NCBI RefSeq assembly: GCF_009914755.1
Contig: NC_060932.1
Length of the DNA: 64,000 bases
Direction: 5' to 3' (one strand)
DNA from: the human T2T-CHM13v2.0 reference genome, Homo sapiens
The notes under the pieces were generated by a model. That model was not told the DNA's origin, did no database searches, and was given only the letters and a program-made list of their open reading frames with translations. The first letter of the stretch is position 1. Every line of letters begins with the position of its first letter. Position numbers and translations under genes: made by a program. Of this stretch, positions 45,441-62,581 are shown piece by piece.

Positions 45441-45786
45441 AATAAGGACATTTGGGGGTTTCATTCTTCAACTAATATTTATTTGTTGTAATATTTATTT
45501 ACCAGAAGGCAAGTACTATTCCAGTCATTGGCTGAATCAAGGTCTCTACTCTCATAATCCCCACATTTAGATAGGTAAAGACAAATCATACAAAATTTAA
45601 CAAATAAGGCCATTTCATACAGTAATCAATACTGTGATCAAATAAACCAAGTAATATGGCTGAGAAAGATGACTGTGACTTATAGAGATTGTGACTGGCT
45701 ATATTAGCTCTGGTATTAAAAAGAAAAGTCCTTCTAAAAATGTAACATTTGAGCCCAAACCTGCATAATACAAAGGAGACAGATGT

Positions 45787-46449
45787 TGATATGGTTTGAC
45801 TCTGTGTCCCCACCCAAATATCATCTGGAATTGTAATCACCATGTGTCAAGGAGGGACCTGTAATCCCCCTGTGTGGAGGGAGGGAGGTGATTAGATCAT
45901 GGGGGCAGTTTCCCCCATGCTGTTCTCTTCATAGTGAGGGAGTTCTCAGGAGACCTGATGGTTTTATAAGGGGCTCTTCCCTCTTCACTTCCTTCACAGG
46001 CTCTCTCACCTGCTGTCATGTAAGATGTGCCTGCTTCCCCGTCCACCATGAGTGTAAGTTTCCTGAGGCCTCCCAAGCCATGCAGAACTTTGAGTCAATT
46101 AAACCTCTTTTCCTTATAAATTACCCAGTCTGGGGCAGTTCTTTATAGCAGTGTGAGAACGGACTAACAAAGGAAATTGGTACCAAGAATGGGGGTGGTT
46201 TCCCCCATGATGTTCTTGTGATAATGAGTGAATTCTCACGAGATCTGATGGTTTGATAAATGGTAGTCTTTCTGGCTCCCTCACACACTGTCCTGCTGCC
46301 ACGGTCCACGTTTGCTTCCCCTTCACCTTCCACCATGATCTGGAGGTCTCCCCAGCTATGTGGAACTGTGAGTCAATTAAACCTCTTTCCTTTATAAATT
46401 ACCCAGTCTTGGGTATTTATTTATAGCAGTGTGAAAACAGACTAATACA
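45787..46449 (+). mobile_element. THE1 (D-like) provirus with internal deletion: 5' LTR, 18-bp internal stub, partial 3' LTR
   Basis: LTR 45787-46171, ggaaattggtacc internal start, second LTR 46190-46449. Single perfect TSD gatgt at 45782-45786 and 46450-46454. Confidence 0.9.
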
Positions 46450-46530
46450 GATGTAAACAGAGAAAGGGGCAGAAATGCTCTTGGCAGAAAAAGCACAGAA
46501 AACACAAAAGTCCTGCCGGTGGGAACAAGG

Positions 46531-46622
46531 TTCCAGAAACTTATTGGAACCTTCTGTATTCCAGAACCTTATAGGAATCTCCTGTGTTTCAGAACCTTTT
46601 TGGAATCTTCTGTGTTCCAGAA
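46531..46622 (+). repeat. 28-bp minisatellite, 3.3 diverged copies
   Basis: ttccagaaacttattggaaccttctgta / ttccagaaccttataggaatctcctgtg / tttcagaacctttttggaatcttctgtg / ttccagaa. Confidence 0.9.
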
Positions 46623-46649
46623 AGAGAGAGAGACAGAGGGAAAAAAAAA

Positions 46650-47400
46650 AAAAAAAAAAAAAAAAGCTGTGTCCAGAATATGAGAGGAGAAAAGTGGAAG
46701 AAGGTATCAGAAACATAGGCAGAAACTACCTTGTACACAGCCTTCTGGGCCACAACAAGAAGTCTGAATATATTTCAAGCGCCATGGAAAGCCATTGGTA
46801 GGTTTCAACACGGGAATAAAGCTATTATTTGCAAGATGTATATTTTTATTTTGCAAAATTTACTTCTTTAAAAAAAATAAATAACAACCACGTTGAAATA
46901 ATTACACCTGAGCACAGACAAAAGACTGAAAAGAAACAAAACAAAATGTTTATCCAGATAGTGGGACCATGAGTTATTTTTTTCTTTACATTGTGTTCTA
47001 TTTCTACAGTCATAATTTCATAATAGGAAAGAAAAAATATTTTAAAACACAACTATAAACGAAAAAGTAAATAAAAGGGCATTCTGGCTTCTCTATGGAG
47101 AAAGTATCAAAGAGGGGAAAGAATAGAGCAGGGCAAACCGTGAGAAGGCTGTCCAAGGTAGTCCAGTTGGGGGAGGACACTGGCTTGATGGGAGGTGATG
47201 GTGGGAGGTGGTGTTAAGAAACTGAATTCAGGATGTATTTCAGTAGTGGTACCCGCAAGATGTAGTTAAGCATGCCTCCTAATCATTGACTTGAACAACT
47301 GTGTATCAGTTGATGGCGCCATTTTCTGAGACAAGGATGACTATGGGAGGAGCAGGTCTGCAGAAGGAAATCATGGGTTCATTTGGCTATTTTAAATTAT
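46650..47400 (-). mobile_element. L2 fragments with a nested L1 3' end
   Basis: ggaaagccattggtaggttt, gtgagaaggct..gtccag, gacttgaacaactg L2 motifs. Confidence 0.55.
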
Positions 47401-49987
47401 TGAGGCTGGATATCAGCAAGATAGCAGGATAGGAAGTCCATGCTGACCATGAATTCATGTGGCCCGTCAATTGGCAGGTGCATACAAAATGTCATTGATT
47501 CTCAGGCCAATAATTTGCTAATATTTATATTATGAGGAAAATTTTTAAAGATGTAGTTACTGATATGTATATGTAAAATCAACACTGACAGTTACATAAG
47601 GCAGTTATGTGGCCTTGAGTAACCAGAGAGCAAATCTAACTATCAACTGATTCCTTCAAAATTATTTTCTACTTGGAAGGTCACTCTTCTGACAGTTCCC
47701 CATAGAAGATCATCCACACATTGCAGTCTAAAACTGAAAATATTTTATTAAGTTAGGACAAACATTAAGACTGAGAATAATATATAAAATGAAAATAAAA
47801 TTTTCTTTTACAATCTTGCTAGAGACAGTCTCTAAACATGCTGGAGAGGGTTTTGTGCCTTAGGAAAAAAATGACATCCTGAATTCAACCCTTCTGTCTG
47901 ACCTGCAGGCTAAGTACCCAGGACCTGAGGCTCCTCCCACTCACAGTAGTGGTGTTCACAGTAGGTGATAAAGTGAGCAAATAACCAGGCTGACTTGCCT
48001 AGGCTACTTTAGCCTCACTGCCTAGGAGAAAGCTTCAATATCAGGAACACTGGAATAAAACAAAGAGCGACACTCCCTCTCCTGTTGCCCCCTGTAAGGA
48101 TCCAGAGTGATGGGGGCATCAGCCTGGTTCCCAGCCTCGAAGGGACTGTGATGAGATCTGTCCGACTAGGGACAGCTGTGCAGGGAATTGCCACAGTCTA
48201 TGGCTTCTCCCAGTTGTCTTGAATTGTTGTCTGATGTTGTCTTATGTTTTCCTCCTCATTGCTGGCAATTAGAAGAATGACCTGTCATCCACCCCAACTG
48301 GCCAATGGGAAAAAGGGACAAAGCCCATTTTAAGTGGCAACTTTGCAGTTCTGCAGAAGCTATGAAACCAAGTCACAGAAAGACTGTGTTTGGAGCCTTT
48401 GCAGTCAGGGACAGAGACATCACTTGACCAGTGGAGAGCTAGCCTTGGGTCACCTCTTATTTTATTTTTAAAATAACCATATACAGATTCATGGATATAA
48501 AGAATACAAGAAAGATGCAGTTGATGGGTCTGTTTCAAGACGTGGCTGTTCCCCAGAGCCCACCGAGCACTGCCATTCTTGAGAGCACCACCTGCCCTGT
48601 GTGTAGCCCTGAGGAGCCTTCTCCCTCATACCTAGGAGCCTCACCTCGCAACGGGAGGCCTGTGAGTTTCCAGTGCCCGCAAAGCTGATTCCATTCTTGG
48701 ATCAAGGTCAGCTGTGCAGGGAGCTCCTGGTGAGATCTGACTTACCTTCTGAGCAGCTAGGGCCTGACCTTCATCTGGTATCTACTATATGTTTATTTTG
48801 ACAAGAATGTATGAAGTTGGCAGCAATAGATTTCATTATTTAAGTGACATTTGTTTATTTCACTTCCAGGAAACACAGAAAAGAGAAAAGACAACCCCTT
48901 GGTCTGGGAGGATGCCAGGCAAGGTTTTAGAGAGGATGCCCATGATTTGGAAAAGAGGCTTCTCTATAACCTTGAAGAAAACAATTATCTGCAAATAATG
49001 TGTATTTCCTTGTCCCCAGTTGACAACAAGCTGGGTAACTATGCAGGTTATCTTCCAATTAAAGTGGTATGAGGAATCATGGAAGAAAGGATACATTTCA
49101 TTGTATCTACTTTTGATCCTCAACAATTTTCTTAGTGGGGTTGGGGGGGAATTTCACAGGAGAATAAAGACTGCTAAGATACTGATACTCATGAAATATC
49201 CTAAACCACTTCCTTATTTTAGAGTAGAAATATTGGGAACAAAATTTTAAAGGTGAAGCACTTTACTATATTAAGCTGCTAATGATCCAAAAGTAATCTG
49301 GCTGTAGATGAAAATTATGAGGCATTGTTTGTGTTCATTTGGAAACATACCCTATGATTTAAGGCAACATCAGAATTTCATTTCCTCTTCTGCAAAATGA
49401 TAATCACCCCTACTCCATAAGATGTTCAAAGTATTCAACACTGTGTGTGGCACATGGTAAATGCTCAATAAATAGTAGCTATGTCTTTGTCGTTATTATT
49501 AACTGGTATAAGGATAAAAGCAAGAGCCTAAATGGTGTGTCTACTTATCACATTTATTACAGGATTCTGAAAGAAGAGAACTAATGACCCCAATCTAGTG
49601 TTTTCTATGACATGACACATCTATTTATTAAATTATGACCTTGGGAAATGTATATAACCTCAGCAAGCCTCATTAAATAATCTGGATAATAAAAATCCCC
49701 AGGTTACAGGGTTATTGCAGAAAGTGAGTTGTTTAAACTGTTTATCACAGAGCATATACAATTTTTGCTAAATAGTCATAATTGTAGATATATGAATGTA
49801 GGTGGTAAAGTCTTTCAGGGCAGGGGCCAAGCCAATTTTATTTTTCTATTCATAAAAAGTATAGCACAATATCTCCCAGACTGAAGGTATATAAAATGTT
49901 TTCAGTTTGTGCAGTGGGTATACATGTAAAAACCCTAAGTATAAATCCTGCAGTTAGCCATTATCTCTTTAAATATTATCTCTGCTA

Positions 49988-53222
<3,235 letters not shown>

Positions 53223-53236
53223 AACTATCTCTGCTA

Positions 53237-54032
53237 AATTCTTCCTTTATTCTCCATATGACACTAACTAAACATGTTAGACCTTCTCACTCTATTCTAC
53301 GTGTTCTTACTGTCTTCGTTAATATTTTTTTTTCTCTATGCTTCATTCTGGATCTCATCTTCTTACTTTCCAGTGTAGCAGTGCTCTCTTCAGCTATGTC
53401 TAATCTGCTGTTAAATCTACTCATTAAATTTTAAAGTTATCATATTTCAATTTTAAAACATTTTTATTTCATTCATTTTCAAGTATTAAACCACTTTTGT
53501 ATTTTCTGTTTCCTTATAAAACATTTCATGCTTGACTATTGCCTCCTAACATAATCAGCATCAACATCAATGTCACTACCACCCCACAACAGGGAGCAGC
53601 CATCAACCAAGGATCCTCAGGAGCTGGTGCACAAATGTCCCAGTTCCATCACCCCTTATGTAGGGTTGTGCTGAGGTATGTGTTTAGCACTGTCTTCTAG
53701 AGTTTTCCCACCAGGGAAGCTGGTTTAACAGAGAACTCTCTATTGGCCGCCTTCCCTTCCAGCATTCCCATACTTCCCAAATAAACTACTCTACTGCAAT
53801 CCCTATGTAAATTTCTGCTTCTGAAAGACACCAAATTAAAACAGTGTTTTACAGTCTGTTTCTAACAATTTAATGCCCACAGCAACTGTGGGACCCTCAA
53901 GGTTGCCCTCAAGGAAGAAGAGCAACAACCTGCCATAATCAAATTCCAAAACTGGACTGGGTTTCTACTGAATCCTACTCATGTCCCTGTGTGTATCTAG
54001 TTTATCTTTGCATACTGGATACTTAATTTGAA

Positions 54033-54063
<31 letters not shown>

Positions 54064-54360
54064 GCACACATACATACATATGCGTGTATGTTTGTAATAT
54101 ATATAATTTGAGCCTGCCTCTTCTAGAAAGGATTTTCACTGGGTTTGCCAGGCATGTGTGGGTGTTACTTATCCAAGACAACCTTCACTCAAGCTCAAGT
54201 CCAAGTTAGATAGTGTGAAGACAGGCTGTGAGGCCTTCTGATGACTGGTTTACATCTTATTCACCTTACTAAAAGGTTACAATCCTTCAGAATCACACCC
54301 CAAAGTGAGAGCGATTTATTAGAGTCCCCTTTTTGGCAGGCTCTGGACATTAGTTGTTTT
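53237..54360 (-). mobile_element. Old L1/HAL1-like fragment (host of the L1PA insertion) with a nested LTR16-like piece
   Basis: tgttagaccttctcactctat..ctctcttcagctatgtctaatctgctgttaaa; continues the agccattatctctttaaatatt left flank. Confidence 0.55.
54033..54057. repeat. (AT)n microsatellite
   Basis: Read directly. Confidence 0.95.
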
Positions 54361-54499
54361 CTTCCCACCTGTGTGGTCACTGAAGGATTCTTTTTGTCCA
54401 GAGGACAGTGGCTATTCACTATCTTGGTAGGTACTGGTACTATTAAGATGTTTTTAAAATATGTAGTCCATCTTCTTAAGTTCTCAGTGTGATTGTTGT

Positions 54500-55500
54500 T
54501 CCTTGTGACTTAGTTGGCCTTTAGCAGATGACAGAGCTCTAGAGGTATTATGAGAAGATGGTAGTATGTAGGAAGGAGTACAAATAGAGAAGAACAGAGG
54601 TCTCAGAATTGAATTATTGCACACACCAACTTGCAGAAGCCTAGGTATAAGAAACAACCAGCAATGAAGCACCTGGTGGCAAAGGACTCCAGCAGACAGA
54701 AGTATCTGGTGGCAGAGTGAAAGCTGTGTATTGAAAGCCAAGTGAGCAAGGATTTAAATATGGAGGAACTGTATAAGGGATAAAAAGCCTACTAAAAGGT
54801 TAAATAAGAGGAGGACAAGGGATGATCACCAGGTTTAGTAATCTGGAGGTTATTGGAGACATCAAAGAGAGATGTTTTAGTGGGGGGTGGGGGTGTGGGG
54901 AGGACATAATGCCTAATTGGAGTTGATTTGAGAGATAATGAGAAAAGATTTGAAACAGCAAATAGAGGCGTCTTTTTTAGAAGTTTTGCAATGAAGTGGA
55001 CCAGGGCGGTAAATAGAGGGGGATGTTTTTATTTTGTTCTGTCTTTGTTTTTTAAGAGGGGAGACCTTTCAGAATGTTTTCTAATGTAAGATTCAGAGAG
55101 GTGACATTCAAAGAAAAAGTATAGAGAGCAGAGAACTGCCAAAGGCGGGGGCGGAGTGGGAAGTCTTTTAAAAGCAAGTGGAAATAGGATCCAATACACA
55201 TCTAGAGGGATTGCATACACCACAGACAGTTCATTCATAGAATTAGGAAGGAAGGAAGGCCAGGTTGCACAAGGGGATATAAATGCAGATAGGTTGGTAG
55301 CCATTATGGTTAAAGTTTGTGGAAATTATCTTTTGAGGCTTCCACTTTTTTCAGTTAGAAATTTCAGGAATGAGCTTCAGTTGGAAGTTTTATAAATGAG
55401 CTGAGAATGAGAAATAAAAGAGCAGAAGTATGGATGAAACAAGAAAACCTAGCAAGATGCCCAGGCAACACTATAGACCCACTTGACAATCAGAGAATAA
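54500..55500 (-). mobile_element. L2 fragment
   Basis: gaaagccaagtgag, tttagtaatctggaggttattggagac, gaagttttgcaatgaag motifs. Confidence 0.65.
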
Positions 55501-56329
55501 AAGTGCATTTGTGTTGGGTATATCACCAGTATATTTGAGCAGAGAAAAAGTGGAATGTGTGCAACTAATAAGGAGGAGGTTGGTTTGAGATTGTGTTTTT
55601 TAGAAGTATGGTCTGTATTATTGACCTTAATATGTGATCTTCACTTCTTATGCTCAGTATAAACAGAATTAAGCAAGATATTCACCACTGAAGTGGTAAA
55701 TATATTTTGCTGTTCAGTTCACATGGCAACTTCCTTAATCTCAGTTAATTATTCTGAAGAAACACCCAAAGGAAATCATGAAGCATATTCTTGGAGTGTT
55801 CCTGTAACTTGTCATTTAAGAATTGAGATGGCAGTTTAATTTAATGACTTGATGCAAGTGAACAAGCCTCTCAGTGCATGCAAAATTCCAGTTAAATTTT
55901 AAGTTGGACTGTGGTAAAATCATATGCTAGATATCCTCCGGATGATGATGAAAAGATTATGTACATAGAACTTAGTTTGATTACACATTTTAAAGAACTT
56001 GGAATGAAGGCCAGACATAAACTCCTAGAAAATGTGATGAGGAATAACCCCAACCAAAATAGAAACTAAAATCATACATATAATATCTATAAATAAACTT
56101 AGGACATGTGTAGCAACTATAGAGAGAAAACTACCAACAAAGAAAACCTTCTAATGGACATAAAATAAGAGTAATAATGGAGAGACACATTATTGAATAT
56201 CCAATTTTGATAATGTAAATACATCAATTCATTCCTATTGCAATCTATAAATTCAATGCAATCTTAATAATTATAAAATACTAGCTAGTAGCAATTGATA
56301 TTATTTAATAATATGCATTACTAGCAATG

Positions 56330-56600
56330 AATAATATTAACAGTAAACATTAATGTAGTGTGTATTATGTCCCAAGCGCTGTCCTAGGTACTTTATTTAT
56401 ATTCACTTGCATAATCCTCAAAATAACCTTTTGAGGTCTGAATTACTACTGATATCATTTTATGAATGAGGAATCTGAGGCACAGAGAGATGAATAATTT
56501 GCCAAGGTCACACAGTTGCTGAGTGAAATATCAGAATTTAATTCAGGTTCTCTGGCTCCAGAGCCCATTCCCTTAATCATTTCTTCCCACTGCCTCTAAA
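56330..56600 (-). mobile_element. MIR, near full length
   Basis: ataatcctcaaaataacc..atgaggaatctgaggcacagagag..ccaaggtcacacag..tctggctccagagccc. Confidence 0.85.
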
Positions 56601-56779
56601 TCCATGGCAATAAAAATTCCAATGGTCTTTTCAGAGGCGGAATTTGAGAAACTCATTTGAAAGTTAACCCAGAAAAATACATATGGAAAAATAATCAGGA
56701 AATAGTTGAGAGGGAGAGTAGTTTAGGGGAGACGCATGTTCTAAATATTAAAATGTATTTTAAAGATACATTTAAGGTA

Positions 56780-57315
56780 TTCACTCATTCAACAAAAATT
56801 TATTGAAGACCTACTCTTTGCCAGGATCTGTTCTAGGTGCCATTGACAAGGACAGACAACACTCCCTGTTCTCAGGAAGCTTAAATTCTTGTTGGGGAAA
56901 ATAGAAAAAGAAATAAACAATTAAATATTTAGACTGTACAGCAGGAACAGGAGATTTAGAATACAGCAGGAACAGGGGATACAGAATGCTGAGGTTGGGA
57001 GGAGATGTTTTGTAAATATGGGTATCAGGAAGGGCCTCAGTGATATAATGACACTTGAGCAGAAAGCAAATTATGAGGACATCTTGGGGAAGGACATTCT
57101 GGCAGAAAGAACAGCAAGTGCAAGAGTCCTGAAGTAGAAAGATGCTTGTCATGTTTGTGAAATAGCAAGGAAGCCAATGTGGCTGCAATGACTAGGAAGG
57201 AAGTGGTAGAAGATGATGTCAGGGAGATAATGGGGTCGGGGGGACAGGTTATCAGGGGACTCTGCCTTTAACTCTGAATAAAATGGGAAGAGTAACTTGG
57301 TCTGATTTACATATA
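56780..57315 (-). mobile_element. L2a 3' end
   Basis: tcattcaacaaaaatttattgaagacctactctttgccagg..agcaaggaagccaatgtggctg. Confidence 0.85.
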
Positions 57316-58451
57316 CAGTCATATACAATGGTGGTCCCATTAGATTATAATGGATCTGAAAAATTCCTATTGCCTACTGACACTGTATCTTAATGTTGTA
57401 GAACAATGAATTACTTGCATGTTTGTGGTGATCCTGGCATAAACAAACCTACTGCACTGCCAGTCGTATAAAAGTATAGCATATACAATTATGTCCAGTA
57501 CATAATACTTGATAGTGATGATAAATGACTATGTTACTGGTTTATATGTTTAATTGTACTATACTTTTTATCATTATATTAGAGTGGGCTCCCTCTACTT
57601 ATATTTAAAAAAAATAATGTTGTCCCTGAAGACCTTCCCATGGGACAAGATGTGGAGGCAGAAGACAGTGATACTGATGATCCTGACCCTGTGTAGACCT
57701 AGGCTAATGTGTGAGTTTGAGTCTTTAACAAAAAATTTTAAAAAGTAAACAAATAAAATATTAAACTATTTTTATTTTTCGAGACAGGGTCTTGCTCTGT
57801 CATCAAGGCTGGAGTGCAGTGGCACAATCAATGCAGCCTCGATGTAGCCTCTGGACCTCCTAGGCTCAATGTAGCCTCTACCTCCCAGGTTCAAGCCATC
57901 CTTCTGCCTTAGCCTCCTGAGTAGCTGGGACTAGAGGCATGAGCCACAGTTCCTGGCTAATTTTAATTTTTATTTTTATTTTTGTAGAAATTGGGCTTCA
58001 CTATGTTGCCCAGGCTGGTCTCAAGCTCCTGGGCTCCTGCCCCAACCTTCCAAAGCGCTGAGATTACAGGCATGAGCCATTGCATCTGGCCAAAAATTTT
58101 TAGAAATGGAAAAAAGCATACAGAATATGAGTATAAAGAAAGGAAATATTTTTGTATAGCTGTATAATGTATTTGGGTTTTAAGCTAAGTGTTATAAGAG
58201 TCAAAACTTAGGAAAAAAACTACAAAGCTTATTAAGTAAAAATGTTACAGTTGTTTATTGTTGTAGAAAGAAACACTTCAAAAATAAATTTAGTGTAGCC
58301 TAAGGGTATAGTGTTTTGAAGCCACAGTAGTGTATAGTCATCCTGGATCTTCCCATTCACTCACCACTCACTTGCTGACTCACCCAGAGCAACTTCCAGT
58401 CCTGCAGCCTCCATTCCTGGTAAGTGCTCTATGCAGGTGTACCACTTTTTA
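57316..58451. mobile_element. Tigger3 (Golem)-family DNA transposon interrupted by an Alu
   Basis: TA then cagtcat; ggtggtcccattagattataatgg; caaacctactgcactgccagtcgtataaaagtatagc; ctcacccagagcaacttccagtcctgc. Confidence 0.85.
57769..58091 (-). mobile_element. AluJ with internal duplications
   Basis: gagacagggtcttgctctgt, cactatgttgcccaggctgg and ctcctgggctc are J-type. Confidence 0.92.
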
Positions 58452-58909
58452 TGATTCCCCCGTTGCTGGATGCTATCTTTATGAGATGGCCAGAGTACAC
58501 CTCTTCTACTACTTCACTTGCCACTTCTAGCCTAGACAGTGACCCTTGTTAAAACGGTAGAGGAAGTACAGTGACAACTGACTTTCTGGGAAATGTGGCT
58601 GTATACTAGGGACCGTGATATTTGTGTATTACAGCAATCTGTAGTATGCCATCGACCCAGTGGTGAGTGTTGGGAAGCACCTAGGATTGCACAGCTAGCA
58701 CAAAGTGAAACCTCTTGGAACAAGGGGCTGAGCTGGGAACATCCACTGACATGGCAGCAACACAAAACATAACCATGACCCACATGACAGGGAAAAGACA
58801 AACTGATGAAACTTGCATATTGGTCAATACCCAGAGTGTATAGATCCAGCCTCATTTAGGAGTAAGAAAAGAGTAAAATATTAATTTGACATCATGAAAA
58901 AACGCTGAG

Positions 58910-59170
58910 TAACCACTGTTTTGTTCTCTATCTCTGTATATTTGAATTTATTTTTAATATTCCATATATAAATGACATCAAGCAATATTTCTATTTCTGT
59001 GTCTAGCTTAATTCACTTGGCATAATATGCAGGTTCATTCATGTTGTGGCAAATGGCAAAATCTCACTCTCTTTAGGGCTAAATGATATTTTATCATATT
59101 AAACGGTCACACACACACACATATATCACAGTTTCTTCATCAACTTGTCTGATGATGGACAAATGTTGAT
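58910..59170 (-). mobile_element. L1MA/MB-like 3' UTR fragment
   Basis: taaccactgttttgttctctat..aggttcattcatgttgtggcaaatggcaa..tgatggaca. Confidence 0.75.
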
Positions 59171-60284
59171 TCTTACAGTATGTTTCATAACTCCAAGAAT
59201 TTCCCTCAGTAATTATAATGCAGGTCAGACTCACACAATTCCACAGTAAGTTCATAAGTCCAGACTAATACAGAATAGCTCCATGGGTTAAACTTTGGTA
59301 CTTAAAATGTTTCAATCAATAATAATTAGAAAGATGTTAACTTTCAGAAATATACATTTTTAATATTAAGTATAAATGAAATTAGAATTTTTTTAACTTT
59401 TGGTGGTTTTTAAGATCCTTGCAAATAACTACTTATGGATGAAAAAGACGACAAATTTTCAGCAAGAAATTATTCCCCAAAGTTTGTTTTTACTATCTAC
59501 CTTTTAAAAAGAATAATGATAGAAAACGAAGAACTTATACATCAATATTACTTTAACATAGTAGTCGAAAATCTTAAAAAATATATCCCTCAAGGGAAAA
59601 TATTATTCATAATTTATTAATGACGAAAATAGAACTATTCCTAGTCCATATATATATAAATTATTTCATCTCCAATCAAGCACTTCTAAAATGCTTTTTC
59701 CTCATAAGCCATTTATTATTATTTTCATGTGAAAAATTTAGACAGATTAAAAACATAAAGGAAAAGGGGAAAAGAATGCTGCAGTTGTTTAAGACTCATA
59801 AACAGTGACAGTAGAGCTTTTCTCATCAATTGGTTGGCACCCTGCAAAAGATACACAAATCATCTGTCTTGATTTCCCTTTAGGAATTAGCAGAGTCTCT
59901 ATTTAATCTTTGGCTTTCCAGTTAGAAGTTTCACACAGACACAAAAACAACAGGCTGCTAATCATAGTGTTACACAAATGTCTGTATCAAAGTACTGAGG
60001 TAATTAACTTATATCTTAGATTTCCCTATAGAATATTCTGGTTACTATAGAAGCATTTCTTTAATTTGTTATAGTCATCAAGAACAATACAATTCTTACA
60101 GCTGTGTTTGTTATTTTATTACTTGACAACAAATTGTATTTGCTATTTTATTGCCTCCAAGTAAAAATACATAATTGAGTACCTATAATGAATCCGTTGG
60201 AAATTGGCTACAGGAAACGCAGAATTATTAAATTATTACAGAAATCTTTTTGGTTAATCAAGTTTGTACTCTTCATAGCTGACA

Positions 60285-61160
60285 TTCCCTCATTCTACTC
60301 TTTTTCCTCATCAGCAGAACCCAATTTTGACTGGTTTATCTACTCTTCCCCTTTGAAATCTAAATGACTTGGGCAAAGTTGACCCTACCCCTAGCTTATG
60401 GGATGAGGTATGATTAATAGAAACCAATCAAAATACGTCTGTGGGGAACTGGTTCCAGGACATCCCTTGAACACCAAAATCTTCAGATGCTCAAGTCTCC
60501 AATAAAAAATGGCATAGTATTTGTATATAACCCACAAACATCTGTACACTTTAAATCACCTCCAGATTACTTACAACACCTAATACAATGTAAATGTTAT
60601 GTAAGTAGTTATTATACTGTATTGTCTCGGGAATCAAGAAAAAAAAAAAAAGCCTGTACATGTTCAGTATAGACACACTTCTTTTCCTGAATATTTTTGA
60701 TCCCTGGTTGGTTGAATCCATGGATGCTGAACCCATGGAAGGCTGATAGTACTACCATCTTTTTGGCTAGAGATTGGTTTTAATGGTTCAGGATTATGGT
60801 AATCAAGACTTGGTGGGCTCTTCAGCTAAACTGACCTAAGAAGTTCCAGAGGAACTTCTGTTTCATTGTGATGGGAGAGATTCTCTGTGTTTCTTTCTCT
60901 GATCCTCTGTCTTTTTATCTCATGCAAGATAGGAACATGAAAGTATGCTGCCCAAGTCACTGCTAGTGCACATCTTATGGAAGAAAACCAGTCTGAGGAC
61001 AGAATTGACACATCAGAAAGATCCTGACCCAATGTTCTTCGACCACCTATTCCCCACTTTCTCCTATCTTGATACAAGAAATGAACCATTTATTTATGAT
61101 AAAAGCCAGTTTTATTTGGGGTTTCTGCAGCTTACAGCAGGAAATATCCCAACTCATTCA
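60285..61160 (+). mobile_element. Old MLT1 LTR interrupted by MER2
   Basis: cagaacccaatttt, aaaccaatca | ggctagagattggttt, agccagttttatttggggtttctg..cttacagc. Confidence 0.55.
60435..60749. mobile_element. MER2 (TcMar-Tigger)
   Basis: ggttccaggac..gatgctcaagtc..tacaatgtaaatg..ttggttgaatccatggatgctgaacccatgga. Confidence 0.88.
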
Positions 61161-61405
61161 TATGGCCTGTAATGATGAATCCAAGTTCTTTCTATGGACA
61201 AATTAATTTTTTTAAGTTTAATTTCCTTAAGTTCTTTCAGGAAAGGATAAACCACCTTAGGCCCCAAACACATTCCAGTCTGAGTTCTTTGTTCTCACAG
61301 ACCGTTGTTCTCCTACCTCAGCTGCTGTGAGATTTCCTGGTGCTCCCAACTAAAATGTACTTTAATCAGAAGTCATCATTAGTCCTGACAGGTCAAGTTC
61401 CTTCA

Positions 61406-61573
<168 letters not shown>

Positions 61574-62053
61574 TCATTGAGAGCAAGGACGTTACATGAG
61601 AGGGTTACTAAAAGGGGCATTTTCATTACAAATTCAAGATACACCATTCAATTAAGAAATGTGCTTAAGCTTATTAAAAATATTGATATGAGCTATGCTT
61701 TCTATGCACAAACTATTTTACCTATTTTAACAAGTAGTCTAAAGAACAGTTATCAATCACAAACAGTGACATGCTCGTGGGTTCATGTAATTTATAGAGA
61801 AAGCCCTGTCAAAAAACCATCAACATTATTTCCATTTAAAAATCTTTAAGCTAATCTTCAAGCCCATATTAGCCCAAATTAGCAAAAAATGGTATTTTAG
61901 AAATAATAAAATTATAGTTTTTATGAATGAAATCATTGACAACTTAGAATGGGTGTACAATTTAATTTCATGCATAGGCTCCCACACATATAATTATGTT
62001 ATTAGGTTTGAAAAAAGTGTAACACAATAGACACAGGTTTAAAATATTAATGA

Positions 62054-62494
<441 letters not shown>

Positions 62495-62581
62495 TAATAA
62501 TACTTAAAAACATTTGAGGCACCACAGCTTAGTTCAAAGCTTAGCTTTTGAAATTGTAATAGCCTACAGGGTTCTACTTAC

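Noticed and set aside
56937-56976. 15-bp direct repeat tacagcaggaacagg
   Set aside because: Small local duplication inside an L2 fossil; no further structure.
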